Source: Clostridia bacterium (lineage in GTDB: Bacteria; Bacillota; Clostridia; TANB77; CAG-465). From it: a stretch of DNA of 64,000 nt. Shown here piece after piece: positions 49,982-60,075 of the stretch. Location: the NCBI GenBank assembly GCA_030524345.1, contig JAUNGP010000007.1:6104-70103 (forward strand), given 5' to 3'. Made by a program: the position numbers and the translations under genes. Under the pieces are notes generated by a model. It was not told the origin of the DNA. It did no database searches and saw only the letters and a program-made list of their open reading frames with translations. Within the stretch, counting starts at the first letter, position 1. Each line of letters opens with the position of its first letter.

Positions 49982-51970
49982 ATGAAAGGTTTGATTAAAT
50001 TGGCAAATAAATTAGTGATAGTTGAGTCGCCTTCTAAGGCTAAAACCATAAAAAAATATTTGGGAAACGATTATGAAGTAATAGCTTCACAAGGACATAT
50101 CATAGACTTACCTGCTAGTAAAATTGGTGTAGATATAGAAAATGATTTTAAACCAGAGTATAAAGTTATGAAAGGTAAAGCCAAAATAGTAAAGCAAATA
50201 AAGGATGAAGCAAAAAATAAAGATAAAGTATATCTTGCAACTGACCCTGATCGTGAAGGAGAAGCAATTGCTTGGCATATTAAAAATGTACTTAATATTG
50301 ATGATAATGATGAGTGCAGAATAGAATTTAATGAGATAACTCAAAATGCCGTAAAAAAAGCTGTCAAAAATCCAAGGAAAGTTGATCTTAATTTAGTCGA
50401 TGCGCAACAAGCAAGAAGAATTTTAGATAGAATTGTTGGATATAAATTATCGCCATTATTATGGAAGAAAATAAAAAAAGGACTTAGTGCAGGACGTGTA
50501 CAATCAGTTGCACTAAAAATTATAATGGATAGAGAAAAAGAGATAAGAAACTTTATTCCTGAAGAATATTGGGTAATTCTTGCAAAACTCGAAAAAGATA
50601 AGGAATTTGTAATTGCTAAGTTTTATGGGGACATAAATGGGAAAATCGAGTTAAAAGATGAAAAGCAAGTAAAAGAAATTGTAAAAAAGATTGATCATAA
50701 AGAATATCGAGTTATAGATATCAAAAATAGTGAAAGAAGAAAAAATCCTCCAGCACCATTTACTACATCTTCTTTACAACAAGAGGCATCAAGAAAGCTT
50801 GGATTTGGTGTAAAGAAAACGATGATGGTAGCTCAAAAATTATATGAGGCTGGATTTATCACTTATATGAGAACAGATTCTACTAGATTATCAAGTGATG
50901 CAATGGCAATGGCTAAAAAATATATTGAATCTGAGTTTGGTAAGAACTATTACTCTGAAAGAGTGTTTAAAACAAAACAAACTGCACAAGATGCTCATGA
51001 GGCTATTAGACCTACTCACGTAGATGCATATTTAGAACTTGATAGAGACGAAGAAAAATTATATCATTTGATTAAAAATCGATTTCTTGCTTCTCAGATG
51101 GCAGTTGCAGTATACGATACAACAAAGATCAGAATACAGGTAGAAGATTATATATTTCATGTTAATGGTAGCGTCATAAAATTTGATGGATTTATGAAAT
51201 TATATATTGAGGGAAAAGATGCAAGGGCGAAAGGAAAAGATTCTGAAAATGATGAAGAATTTGAAAATAATAATTTACCTTTATTAAAAATTGGTGATAT
51301 ATTAAATCAAAAAGAATTGAAAGCAGATCAGAAATTTACTGAGCCTCCTGTAAGATATACAGAAGCAAGTCTTGTTAAGGTTATGGAAGAAAAGGGAATT
51401 GGTAGACCAAGCACATATGCCCCAACAGTTTCCACACTAGAAGAAAGAACATATATTGAAAAAGAAAATAAATATTTGATTCCAACTGATCTTGGAGAAA
51501 TTGTAGATAATTTAATGGAGGAAAATTTTAAAGATATAGTGGATTTAAAATTTACTGCAGAAATGGAAAATAAATTAGACATGGTGGCTGAAAATAAAGA
51601 GAATTATATTGCGATGCTACATGAATTTTATACACCGTTTATAGAAAATTTAGAAAATGTGGAAAATAAGATTGAAAGAGTTAAAATTCCAGAACAAATT
51701 AGTGATGAAAAATGTGAATTATGTGGAAGAAACATGGTGATAAAGCAAGGTAGATTTGGCAAATTTTTGGCATGTCCTGGATATCCAGAGTGCAAGAATA
51801 CAAAGCCGATCATTCAAACAGTAGATGTGCCATGCCCAAAATGTGGTGGAAAGATTTTAATTAAGAAAACAAAAACCAAAAGAAATTTTTATGTTTGTGA
51901 GAATAACACAAATAATGAAAATAGTAAATGTGATTTTATTTCTTGGAATAAACCAAAAAAAGAAAAATAG
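49982..51970 (+). CDS. topA: DNA topoisomerase I
   Basis: TOPRIM domain (LVIVESPSKAKTI..YLG, ATDPDREGEAI.WH), active-site region YITYMRTDS, and two C-terminal Zn-ribbon motifs. The start is ambiguous (ATG 49982 or TTG 50000). Confidence 0.95.
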   Translation: MKGLIKLANKLVIVESPSKAKTIKKYLGNDYEVIASQGHIIDLPASKIGVDIENDFKPEYKVMKGKAKIVKQIKDEAKNKDKVYLATDPDREGEAIAWHIKNVLNIDDNDECRIEFNEITQNAVKKAVKNPRKVDLNLVDAQQARRILDRIVGYKLSPLLWKKIKKGLSAGRVQSVALKIIMDREKEIRNFIPEEYWVILAKLEKDKEFVIAKFYGDINGKIELKDEKQVKEIVKKIDHKEYRVIDIKNSERRKNPPAPFTTSSLQQEASRKLGFGVKKTMMVAQKLYEAGFITYMRTDSTRLSSDAMAMAKKYIESEFGKNYYSERVFKTKQTAQDAHEAIRPTHVDAYLELDRDEEKLYHLIKNRFLASQMAVAVYDTTKIRIQVEDYIFHVNGSVIKFDGFMKLYIEGKDARAKGKDSENDEEFENNNLPLLKIGDILNQKELKADQKFTEPPVRYTEASLVKVMEEKGIGRPSTYAPTVSTLEERTYIEKENKYLIPTDLGEIVDNLMEENFKDIVDLKFTAEMENKLDMVAENKENYIAMLHEFYTPFIENLENVENKIERVKIPEQISDEKCELCGRNMVIKQGRFGKFLACPGYPECKNTKPIIQTVDVPCPKCGGKILIKKTKTKRNFYVCENNTNNENSKCDFISWNKPKKEK

Positions 51971-51980
51971 TAAAATATAA

Positions 51981-52019
51981 AAAAAGTAAATGCAAATTAT
52001 ATTTTGTATTTACTTTTTT
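51981..52019 (+). terminator. Rho-independent terminator of topA
   Basis: gtaaatgc / gtatttac stem with one G-U pair, followed by a T6 run. Confidence 0.7.
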
Positions 52020-52360
52020 CTCTCAGTAACTGATATGTTAAGGTTAAAGTCGAAAATGAGTCCAATAGACAATGAGCTATCCTGTCATTTTGTTCTACTT
52101 TTATAAAAATGTTTTTCATAGTTTTATATAAAAGCTTTGGAATTTGTTTTATTACATTTCTACATTTCTTGTTACTTTAGTCATTTCTTTCCCTCTATTT
52201 TAATAGTATAATCTTATTAGAGATATTATAACATGGTGTTTAAATTATGCCAACTGAAATTGTATTTGTGTTATATTATAATTTGTTGAGAAAAGTTGGC
52301 AATCAGTTGTTTTCACTATGATATTATTAATATTTGAGGTAATATAACAAGACTAATATA

Positions 52361-52389
52361 TTGACATTAATCTTATACAATGATATAAT
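52361..52389 (+). promoter_or_regulatory. Perfect consensus SigA promoter
   Basis: TTGACA at 52361-52366, a 17-nt spacer, TATAAT at 52384-52389. Confidence 0.7.
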
Positions 52390-52440
52390 AATTATGTAAC
52401 CTATAATTTAACTTTTGAAGGAAATCCTAGGAGGATAAAA

Positions 52441-52566
52441 ATGATTATAATGTTTACGGATGGCAAAGATGAGCCAATGGATGAAAAAGCAAAAGATGAA
52501 GAGAGAAAAGTTATTGAGGCAATTGAGAAGCTCTCTGAAACACTTGAGTATTCAAAAAAAGAGTAA
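52441..52566 (+). CDS. Small acidic protein (41 aa), unannotated in the ORF track
   Basis: RBS is AGGAGGA, 7 nt upstream. My translation is MIIMFTDGKDEPMDEKAKDEERKVIEAIEKLSETLEYSKKE. It has its own promoter and terminator. Confidence 0.5.
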   Translation: MIIMFTDGKDEPMDEKAKDEERKVIEAIEKLSETLEYSKKE

Positions 52567-52575
52567 TAACAGTTG

Positions 52576-52606
52576 GTCTAGTAAAAATTTTACTAGACTT
52601 CTTTTT
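52576..52606 (+). terminator. Rho-independent terminator after the 41-aa ORF
   Basis: gtctagta / tactagac stem followed by ttcttttt. Confidence 0.7.
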
Positions 52607-52687
52607 GCCTTGAAAAAAGAAGCTAATGGGAATGATATTGAAAAATTGCAATAATTATAATATAATCTATATGAAGTGAGGTAAGAA

Positions 52688-54019
52688 ATGAGTAATCAAA
52701 TAGTAGTAAATGTAATAGGTGCAGGTCTTGCAGGATGTGAATGCGCATATATACTTGCCAAAAATGGGATCAAAGTAAAACTTTATGAGATGAAGCCAAA
52801 GTATAAATCCGAGGCACACAAAAGTGATAATTTTGCAGAACTTGTATGCAGTAATTCTTTAAAGTCAGATTCTATTACGAATGCTTGTGGGCTTTTAAAG
52901 AAAGAAATGGAAATTTTAGATAGTCTTTTTGTAAGAATTGCTAAGAATACAAGAGTTCCTGCAGGTCAGGCTTTAGCAGTTGATAGAGATAAATTTTCTG
53001 AACAAATTACCAGTGCGATAAAGAAGCATCCTAATATTGAAGTCATTTATGAGAGAATAGATGATGTAGGTGCATTTGATGGAATTATTGTAATTGCTAC
53101 CGGACCTCTTACAGACAGTCATTTATTTACTAATATACAAAAATTAGTAGGGGAAGACAGCATGTATTTTTATGATGCTGCAGCACCTATTATTGAAGCA
53201 GATAGTATTAATATGGACATTGCTTATGCTATGGACAGATATGGTAATGCAGGAGAGGGCGATTACTTAAATTTACCTATGACAAAAGATGAGTATATGA
53301 GATTTTATAACGAGCTTTTAAGTGCCAAAGAAGCGCCAAGACATGAATTTGATAAAATCGTGCTGTTTGAAGGGTGTATGCCTATTGAGCATATGGCCAA
53401 AAGAGGCGAGAAGACTTTAGTTTTTGGACCATTAAAGCCAGTGGGACTGAATAATTCTAAGACAGGAGAAAAAAATTATGCTGTTGTACAACTTAGGGCT
53501 GAAAATGAAGAGAAGACCATGTATAATTTGGTCGGATTTCAAACAAGTCTTACTTTTGGTGAACAGGCAAGAGTGTTTCGAATGATTCCTGGCCTAGAAA
53601 ATGCTGTATTTGCAAGGTATGGTGTTATGCATAAAAATTCATATATTAATGGAGGAAATATATTAGATTGTAATTTTCGTATGAGAAAAAATGATAATAT
53701 TTATTTTGCAGGGCAGATATCTGGAGTGGAAGGATATGTCGAATCTGCAGCATCTGGTATGATTGTTGCCTATAGTATTATGAATAGATTGAAGAAGAAA
53801 AATATTGTTTTTCCAGATACAACAATGCTTGGTAGTTTAGCAAAATATGTTTCTACTCCAAATAAGAATTTTCAGCCTATGAATGCAAATTTTGGTATAT
53901 TAAAGCCTTTAGATATTAAGATTAAAGATAAAAAAGAAAAATATCAAAAGTTAGCGGATATAGCATTAAGAGATATAAGTAAATTTGCTGAAGAACTAAG
54001 AGGTGAAAAAAATGAGTAA
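52688..54019 (+). CDS. trmFO: Methylenetetrahydrofolate--tRNA-(uracil-5-)-methyltransferase TrmFO
   Basis: FAD motif VIGAGLAGCE.A, ELVCSNS, GQI.G.EGY.ES. Sits downstream of topA as in other Firmicutes. Confidence 0.9.
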   Translation: MSNQIVVNVIGAGLAGCECAYILAKNGIKVKLYEMKPKYKSEAHKSDNFAELVCSNSLKSDSITNACGLLKKEMEILDSLFVRIAKNTRVPAGQALAVDRDKFSEQITSAIKKHPNIEVIYERIDDVGAFDGIIVIATGPLTDSHLFTNIQKLVGEDSMYFYDAAAPIIEADSINMDIAYAMDRYGNAGEGDYLNLPMTKDEYMRFYNELLSAKEAPRHEFDKIVLFEGCMPIEHMAKRGEKTLVFGPLKPVGLNNSKTGEKNYAVVQLRAENEEKTMYNLVGFQTSLTFGEQARVFRMIPGLENAVFARYGVMHKNSYINGGNILDCNFRMRKNDNIYFAGQISGVEGYVESAASGMIVAYSIMNRLKKKNIVFPDTTMLGSLAKYVSTPNKNFQPMNANFGILKPLDIKIKDKKEKYQKLADIALRDISKFAEELRGEKNE

Positions 54020-54920
54020 TGTTTATCTTTTATATGGTGAAGAAAAGTATGATTTAGAACAAAAAGTAGAAAAAATAAAAAAAGAATTTGACCTTTTAGA
54101 AGTAGGGCTCAATCTTTTTTATATCACAAAAGATAATATAGATGAGTTAGCTTCTTGTCTTCAAGGTGTTACCTTTTTTGGAAGTGCAAAGCTTATTATT
54201 ATAAAAGATACCAAATTAAAATTTAATACTGAACTTTTGAAAAACTTAGATGAAGATATTAAAGTTATTATTATTGAGGATACTGTTGATAAAAGAACCA
54301 GTGATTATAAATTGTTAAATAAAATTGCAGAATGTCATGAGTATAAGTACATGGATAGTAAGCAAATGGTGCAATATATTATGCAAGTTTTAAAAAAGTA
54401 TGGTGTTGGTATTTCCCTAGATAATGCTGAATATATGCAAAATATATGTGGAGAGGATAAAGGAAATATTATTAATGAACTACAAAAGATAGTAATTTAT
54501 ATGGATGGTCAAGGAGATGTTAGTAAAGAGGCTATAGATAGAGTATGCTCTAAAACACTCAATGCTAAAATATTTGATGTTTTATCTAAAATTGTAAATA
54601 GAGAAAGAGAAAATGCTATTTTAATGTTAGATGAACTATTAAAACAGAAAGAACCTATTGTAAAGATATATGTTATGTTATACAAGCAAGTAAAGCAAAT
54701 GTATATGATAAAATATTTAAAAGAAAGAAAAGAAAAAGATATTGCAAGTGTGATGGGTATTCATCCTTTTGTATTAAAAAATTTGAGTCGTTCTTGTGAT
54801 AAATATACTTTAGATGAGTTGAAAAATATCATATATAGTTTTGATGAGTATGATAAAAAGACTAAAATTGGTGAGATGGATTTTGAAATTGGACTAAAAA
54901 AAATCATATGTAGTATGTAG
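54012..54920 (+). CDS. holA: DNA polymerase III delta subunit
   Basis: YLLYGEE.Y at the N-terminus, ~300 aa, helical C-terminal domain. Family-level recall. Confidence 0.7.
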   Translation: MSNVYLLYGEEKYDLEQKVEKIKKEFDLLEVGLNLFYITKDNIDELASCLQGVTFFGSAKLIIIKDTKLKFNTELLKNLDEDIKVIIIEDTVDKRTSDYKLLNKIAECHEYKYMDSKQMVQYIMQVLKKYGVGISLDNAEYMQNICGEDKGNIINELQKIVIYMDGQGDVSKEAIDRVCSKTLNAKIFDVLSKIVNRERENAILMLDELLKQKEPIVKIYVMLYKQVKQMYMIKYLKERKEKDIASVMGIHPFVLKNLSRSCDKYTLDELKNIIYSFDEYDKKTKIGEMDFEIGLKKIICSM

Positions 54921-54944
54921 ACTAGTGAAAAGCTAGTCTTTTTT
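54919..54944 (+). terminator. Rho-independent terminator after holA
   Basis: agactag / ctagtct stem followed by a T6 run. Confidence 0.7.
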
Positions 54945-54990
54945 GTATAAAAATATAATTTTTCTTCATACTAAAATATGAGGTGATTAC

Positions 54991-55914
54991 GTGAATAAAA
55001 ATTGTGTTTTTGAAACAGACATGGCCGATGAGCGTGTTGATATGTATAAAAAAATTAATAATCTTACAGAAGTAGATGGTATAAAAGTTGAGACAAATAA
55101 AAATAATGGTTTTATTACTACTAATGTAGAGGTATTAAATGAGAGTGGAAGTAAAGCAATATCAAAAGAGATAGGGAAATATGTTACTATGCAAATAGAA
55201 AATATCAATTATATGGAAGAGGAGGAGAAGAAAAATATTGTTAATGAACTAGCAAGAGTGATCACAGAGTTGATCGGAAAAGATACACAAAAATCTGTCA
55301 TGGTATTAGGTCTTGGAAATATTAACGTTACTCCAGATGCTCTTGGCCCGAAAGTTGTTAATGATGTTGATATTACAAGACATTTAATCAATTTTGCTAA
55401 AGAGTTAGTAGAACAAGATACTAGACCTGTATGTGCAATTGCTCCGGGAGTACTGGGAACGACCGGAATTGAAACATCAGAAATAGTAGATTCTATTGTA
55501 AAGAAGATCAATGTTGATATGATTATTGCAATCGATAGCTTGGCTTCTCAAAGTGTAAATAGACTTGGAAATACAATTCAAATATCGAATACAGGAATTA
55601 CTCCGGGGTCTGGTATCAATAACAAAAGAGAAGGAATCAATAAAAAGGCTCTTGGAATACCAGTGATTGCCATTGGAGTTCCAACGGTAGTGGATATGGC
55701 TACTATTACCAATGAAACAATAGACAAAATGATTGGAAATGTTAATGTAGAAGGAAACTTTTCGGATGCTTCTAAGGAAGAAAGATATAATGTAATAGCA
55801 AAATTACTAAATACAGAAAATTATATGGTAACGCCAAAAGACATAGATAATGTGATTGATAAAGTATCAAAATTGATTGTAAAAGCTATTAACCTTTCTT
55901 TACAAGAAAATTAG
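54991..55914 (+). CDS. gpr: Germination protease (GPR endopeptidase)
   Basis: TDMA.E at the N-terminus, V.GLGN..VTPDALGP.V, IAIDSLA, GI.PGSG. GTG start after GAGGTG. Confidence 0.85.
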   Translation: MNKNCVFETDMADERVDMYKKINNLTEVDGIKVETNKNNGFITTNVEVLNESGSKAISKEIGKYVTMQIENINYMEEEEKKNIVNELARVITELIGKDTQKSVMVLGLGNINVTPDALGPKVVNDVDITRHLINFAKELVEQDTRPVCAIAPGVLGTTGIETSEIVDSIVKKINVDMIIAIDSLASQSVNRLGNTIQISNTGITPGSGINNKREGINKKALGIPVIAIGVPTVVDMATITNETIDKMIGNVNVEGNFSDASKEERYNVIAKLLNTENYMVTPKDIDNVIDKVSKLIVKAINLSLQEN

Positions 55915-56087
55915 GATAGGTGTTGAAATATTTGTGCTCAAAAATAATAAGAAAAAATGTAAAAAAATAGATATGATATTAGAAGATGCTTAAAAGCTAA
56001 ATTTTAGGCATCTTTTTCACATAATTTTCACTTGATTTTTATAGTGTTTTAGTATAAAATAATACAAAAATTAGGAGGGAAAAAATA

Positions 56088-57335
56088 ATGATTAAGAAAA
56101 CAAGTATGTTAAGAAACAAGAAATTATTTTTAGTAATTGCTTTTCTTGCAATTCTATTTTTTTCTACATCTAATATTCATATGTTAAATGCGGCTGAAAT
56201 GAAGAACCAATCAGAAAAGAGTATTGGAATTATAGATATAGATGAAAAAGAGTCATTGTATAAATTTAGTGAAAATGATGATATTTATTTACCCTTTTTG
56301 AGACTATCCTATGATAAAGTGGTAATTGATAAAGAGGTATCTAATCTTGGAATTACATATGGGAATAAAGGGATTGATATAGATTCTAGAACTGAAAATA
56401 TACAAGTTTTATTCTCAAATGATACAATTAGAGTAAATAATAATATGGAATATGCTGTAATTGCAACAAGTGGAAATGTTATTATTGATTCTGATATTAG
56501 TAAAACAATAGTGATATTTGCAGGAGAGAAAGTTACAGTCTCTGAAAATGCGAAGATATTAGGAGATATTATCTGTTTTTCGAACTCACTTGAAATAAAG
56601 GGTAATGTTTTAGGAAGTGTTGTTGGTAGTGCAACCAACACAAATATTTCAGGAAAAATAGAAAAAGATTTGAGATTATCCACTGAAAATATTGATATAG
56701 CAGATAATAATATAAATGGAGATATATTTATTGAAACAAAAAATTCAGAAATCACTTTAAATGATAAATATCCAGAGGCACAAATAAAGTTACTTTATGA
56801 GGAAAGTACAAAAACAAAAGTGATCGATATGATTATTCGTACATTGAAAACAGCATTGGTTTATACATTATTATACTTGCTAATATTTAAAATTTCTAAA
56901 GAGAAATTAGTTGCTAATATGTTTTCAGTAATAGAAAAAAATATTGGATTTTCTATTATTAGTGGAGCAGTTTCAATACTTGCAATTCCACTTGTGATTA
57001 TGCTAACCTTTTTAGGAATCTTGATAGGAATAGAAGAAATTGTTATACCAATAAGCATATTCTATATTGCAGTTGTCATTTCACTTGCACTAATTTCTAT
57101 TTTTGTCACTGGAACTATGATCCATGAATATATCATGAGTAATTATATATCTGATACTGATATGACAAAAAGATTAGTATGTATATTTTTTATATTTTTA
57201 TCTATGATTTTGCTTACTAATATACCTAAAATTGGGGCTTATATTAATATGTTATACATGATTTTAGGAATTGGCATTGTAATTTGTTATATTTTTAAAA
57301 GAGAAAAATATATAAAAAGTAAAAAGAAAAAATAG
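56088..57335 (+). CDS. Membrane protein with an extracytoplasmic bactofilin-like (beta-helical, polymer-forming-type) repeat region and a polytopic C-terminus
   Basis: Signal/anchor, then repetitive G-N/D-V/I ... I-x-G patterns (GNVIIDSDI..., ILGDIICFSNSLEIKGNVLGSVVG..., ISGKIEKDL..., INGDIFI), then about five TM helices. Confidence 0.45.
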   Translation: MIKKTSMLRNKKLFLVIAFLAILFFSTSNIHMLNAAEMKNQSEKSIGIIDIDEKESLYKFSENDDIYLPFLRLSYDKVVIDKEVSNLGITYGNKGIDIDSRTENIQVLFSNDTIRVNNNMEYAVIATSGNVIIDSDISKTIVIFAGEKVTVSENAKILGDIICFSNSLEIKGNVLGSVVGSATNTNISGKIEKDLRLSTENIDIADNNINGDIFIETKNSEITLNDKYPEAQIKLLYEESTKTKVIDMIIRTLKTALVYTLLYLLIFKISKEKLVANMFSVIEKNIGFSIISGAVSILAIPLVIMLTFLGILIGIEEIVIPISIFYIAVVISLALISIFVTGTMIHEYIMSNYISDTDMTKRLVCIFFIFLSMILLTNIPKIGAYINMLYMILGIGIVICYIFKREKYIKSKKKK

Positions 57336-57347
57336 GAGGCTTTACTT

Positions 57348-60020
57348 GTGAAAGAATTTTATAAGGAAAAAGTTGAAGATGTCTTAAAAGAATGTAATTC
57401 TTCAGTTGAGGGATTAGATGATAATGTAGCTAATGAATTATTAAAAAAGAATGGTCCTAATAAATTAAAGGAAACGAAAAAAAGAGGATTTTTATTAAAA
57501 TTGTTAGATCAATTTAAAAACCTAATGATTATTATACTGATTATATCTGCAATTCTTTCTGCAATTGTATCACATAGGACAGGTGAGCCTTTTACAGATA
57601 CTATTATTATATTTGTTGTTGTCATTTTAAATGCTGTTCTTGGCGTAATGCAAGAAAGTAAAGCTGAAAAAGCAATTGAGGCCTTAAAAGAAATGTCGCT
57701 TCCTTATATCAAAGTAAAAAGAAATAATACAATACTTAGTATAAGGAACGAAGATTTAGTAGTAGGAGATATTGTTATTCTAGAAGCTGGTGATTATATT
57801 CCAGCTGATCTTAGAATAATAGAAAACCATAGTTTAAGAATAGAAGAGGCCGCTCTTACTGGTGAGTCTGTAGCCGTTGATAAGCAAGTACAAGAAATTG
57901 TAACGGATAAAGATATATCACTTGCTGATAGAGTTAATATGGCATATTCTGGAAGTAGTGTAGTGTATGGTAGAGGCGAAGGAGTAGTTGTAGCTACAGG
58001 TATGAATACGGAGTTAGGAAAAATAGCAGAAGCTATATCAAGCCAAAAGTCGGAGATTACACCATTACAGAAAAAAATTAATGAACTAAGTAAAGTTTTA
58101 AGTATTATAGTTGTGATAATAGCGGTTGCAATGTTTATAGTTGGATATTTACAGGGGCATCAAATTCTAGATGTATTTATGCTAGCAATATCACTTGCAG
58201 TTGCAGCAATTCCTGAAGGTCTTTCTGCAGTTATAACGATTACTTTGGCTTTAGGTGTACAAAAGATGGCAAAAGAAAAGGCGATTGTCAGAAAATTATC
58301 TGCAGTTGAAGCTTTGGGGGCTACAGAGGTCATTTGCTCTGATAAAACAGGTACTCTTACGCAAAATAAGATGACTCTAAGAAAGATATATTTAAATGGA
58401 GAGATGATTGATGTATCTGAGGATGAAAATATTGAAAAAATAATGAATGATAGCACTATAAAAAGTGACTTAACAAAGCTTGCTGATATATTTGTTTTAT
58501 GTAATGATACTGAGTTTGGAGAGGAGAATGGACTCAAAGTACTCCTTGGAGATCCAACAGAAACTGCACTTGTTGATTTTGGAGCAAAAATCAGTTTTCA
58601 TAAGGAAGAAATGGACTTAAAATATAAAAGAATAGATGAATTACCATTTGATTCTAAAAGGAAAATGATGACAACTGTAAATATGATGGAAGATAAGAAA
58701 GCGTATGTGTTTACAAAAGGTGCAGTAGAATCTATACTGGAAATATCAGATAGGATACTTGAACATGGAAAAGTAAGAAAAATTACGCAAAAAGATAAAA
58801 AAGAAATATTAGAAAATAATCTTAATATGGCAAAATCAGCTCTTAGAGTTTTAGCATGTGCATATAAAGAAGCAGAAGAAAATGAGGGGGCAGAAAAGGC
58901 TGAGCATAATTTGATTTTTGTTGGACTTGTTGGAATGATTGACCCACCAAGGAAAGAAGCAAAACGAGCTGTAGAAAAGTGCTTTAATGCGGGTATGATA
59001 CCTGTTATGATTACAGGAGATAATATAGATACTGCAATGGCTATAGCTAGTGAACTTGGAATACTGGCTGATGGATATGAAGCTATTACTGGACTAGAAC
59101 TTGATCAAATGTCTGATGAAGAACTTTACAAAAGGGTTGATAAGATAAGAGTTTATGCAAGGGTTTCTCCTGAAAATAAAATCAGAATTGTAAAGGCTTG
59201 GAAGAAAAAAGGAAAAATAGTTGCTATGACAGGGGACGGAGTAAATGATGCACCAGCGTTGAAAGGTGCAGATATTGGAATCGGTATGGGAATTACTGGT
59301 ACAGAAGTTTCAAAAAGTGTTTCTAGTATGGTACTTGCAGATGATAATTTTGCTACCATCATAGTTGCGGTAAAAGAAGGTAGAAGAATATACAGTAATA
59401 TTCAAAATGTTATTGCCTATTTACTTGCTTCTAATTTAGCTGAGGTATTAATTATTGCCATTGCCACTTTTCTAAACAAGACAATCTTATTGCCGATTCA
59501 AATATTATGGATAAATCTTGTGACAGATACTATTCCTGCAATAGCACTTGGATTTGAAAAAGAAGAAAAAGGAATCATGAAAAACAAGCCAAGAGATTCA
59601 AGAAAAAGTTTATTTACACCATTTCTCATTTCTAGGATAGTTGTACCTGGTATTTTGAAGACAATTATGTCTTTTGGCTTATATTTTTATATCAGTAGTG
59701 CATATGGTGAAGAGTATGCTGGCGCAACGGTATTTATAACACTTGCAATAGTAGAAATATTATTTGCCTATATTTGTAGATCAAGTAAAAAATCAGTATT
59801 TAAAATTGGCCTTACATCTAATAGACCAATGTTACTTTGTGTTGTTGGAACGTTACTAGTACAAATAATCATATTGTTTATACCTACTTTTTCTAGTTGG
59901 CTATCCATTCCTAGTATGCCTAGCTCAATATATGAAATAATAGCGATTACCTCAATACTGATCGCAGTAGTATTTGAAATAGTAAAAATGGTTCTTGCTA
60001 AGATATTTAAAAATGATTAA
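57348..60020 (+). CDS. P-type cation-transporting ATPase, Ca2+ (type IIA, YloB-like)
   Basis: TGES, PEGL (PEGLSAV), DKTGTLT, TGDN, GDGVNDAPALK. ~890 aa. GTG start after AGGAGG. Confidence 0.88.
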   Translation: MKEFYKEKVEDVLKECNSSVEGLDDNVANELLKKNGPNKLKETKKRGFLLKLLDQFKNLMIIILIISAILSAIVSHRTGEPFTDTIIIFVVVILNAVLGVMQESKAEKAIEALKEMSLPYIKVKRNNTILSIRNEDLVVGDIVILEAGDYIPADLRIIENHSLRIEEAALTGESVAVDKQVQEIVTDKDISLADRVNMAYSGSSVVYGRGEGVVVATGMNTELGKIAEAISSQKSEITPLQKKINELSKVLSIIVVIIAVAMFIVGYLQGHQILDVFMLAISLAVAAIPEGLSAVITITLALGVQKMAKEKAIVRKLSAVEALGATEVICSDKTGTLTQNKMTLRKIYLNGEMIDVSEDENIEKIMNDSTIKSDLTKLADIFVLCNDTEFGEENGLKVLLGDPTETALVDFGAKISFHKEEMDLKYKRIDELPFDSKRKMMTTVNMMEDKKAYVFTKGAVESILEISDRILEHGKVRKITQKDKKEILENNLNMAKSALRVLACAYKEAEENEGAEKAEHNLIFVGLVGMIDPPRKEAKRAVEKCFNAGMIPVMITGDNIDTAMAIASELGILADGYEAITGLELDQMSDEELYKRVDKIRVYARVSPENKIRIVKAWKKKGKIVAMTGDGVNDAPALKGADIGIGMGITGTEVSKSVSSMVLADDNFATIIVAVKEGRRIYSNIQNVIAYLLASNLAEVLIIAIATFLNKTILLPIQILWINLVTDTIPAIALGFEKEEKGIMKNKPRDSRKSLFTPFLISRIVVPGILKTIMSFGLYFYISSAYGEEYAGATVFITLAIVEILFAYICRSSKKSVFKIGLTSNRPMLLCVVGTLLVQIIILFIPTFSSWLSIPSMPSSIYEIIAITSILIAVVFEIVKMVLAKIFKND

Positions 60021-60075
60021 TTATCATAAATATGTATTTACAGCATAGGCTATACTAGAGAGGAAGGTATAGCCT

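Noticed and set aside
52460-52654. 64-aa track ORF in the topA-trmFO spacer
   Set aside because: It has no RBS and reads through a clear terminator hairpin (52576-52606). The alternative frame starting at 52441 has a perfect RBS and promoter and stops before the terminator.
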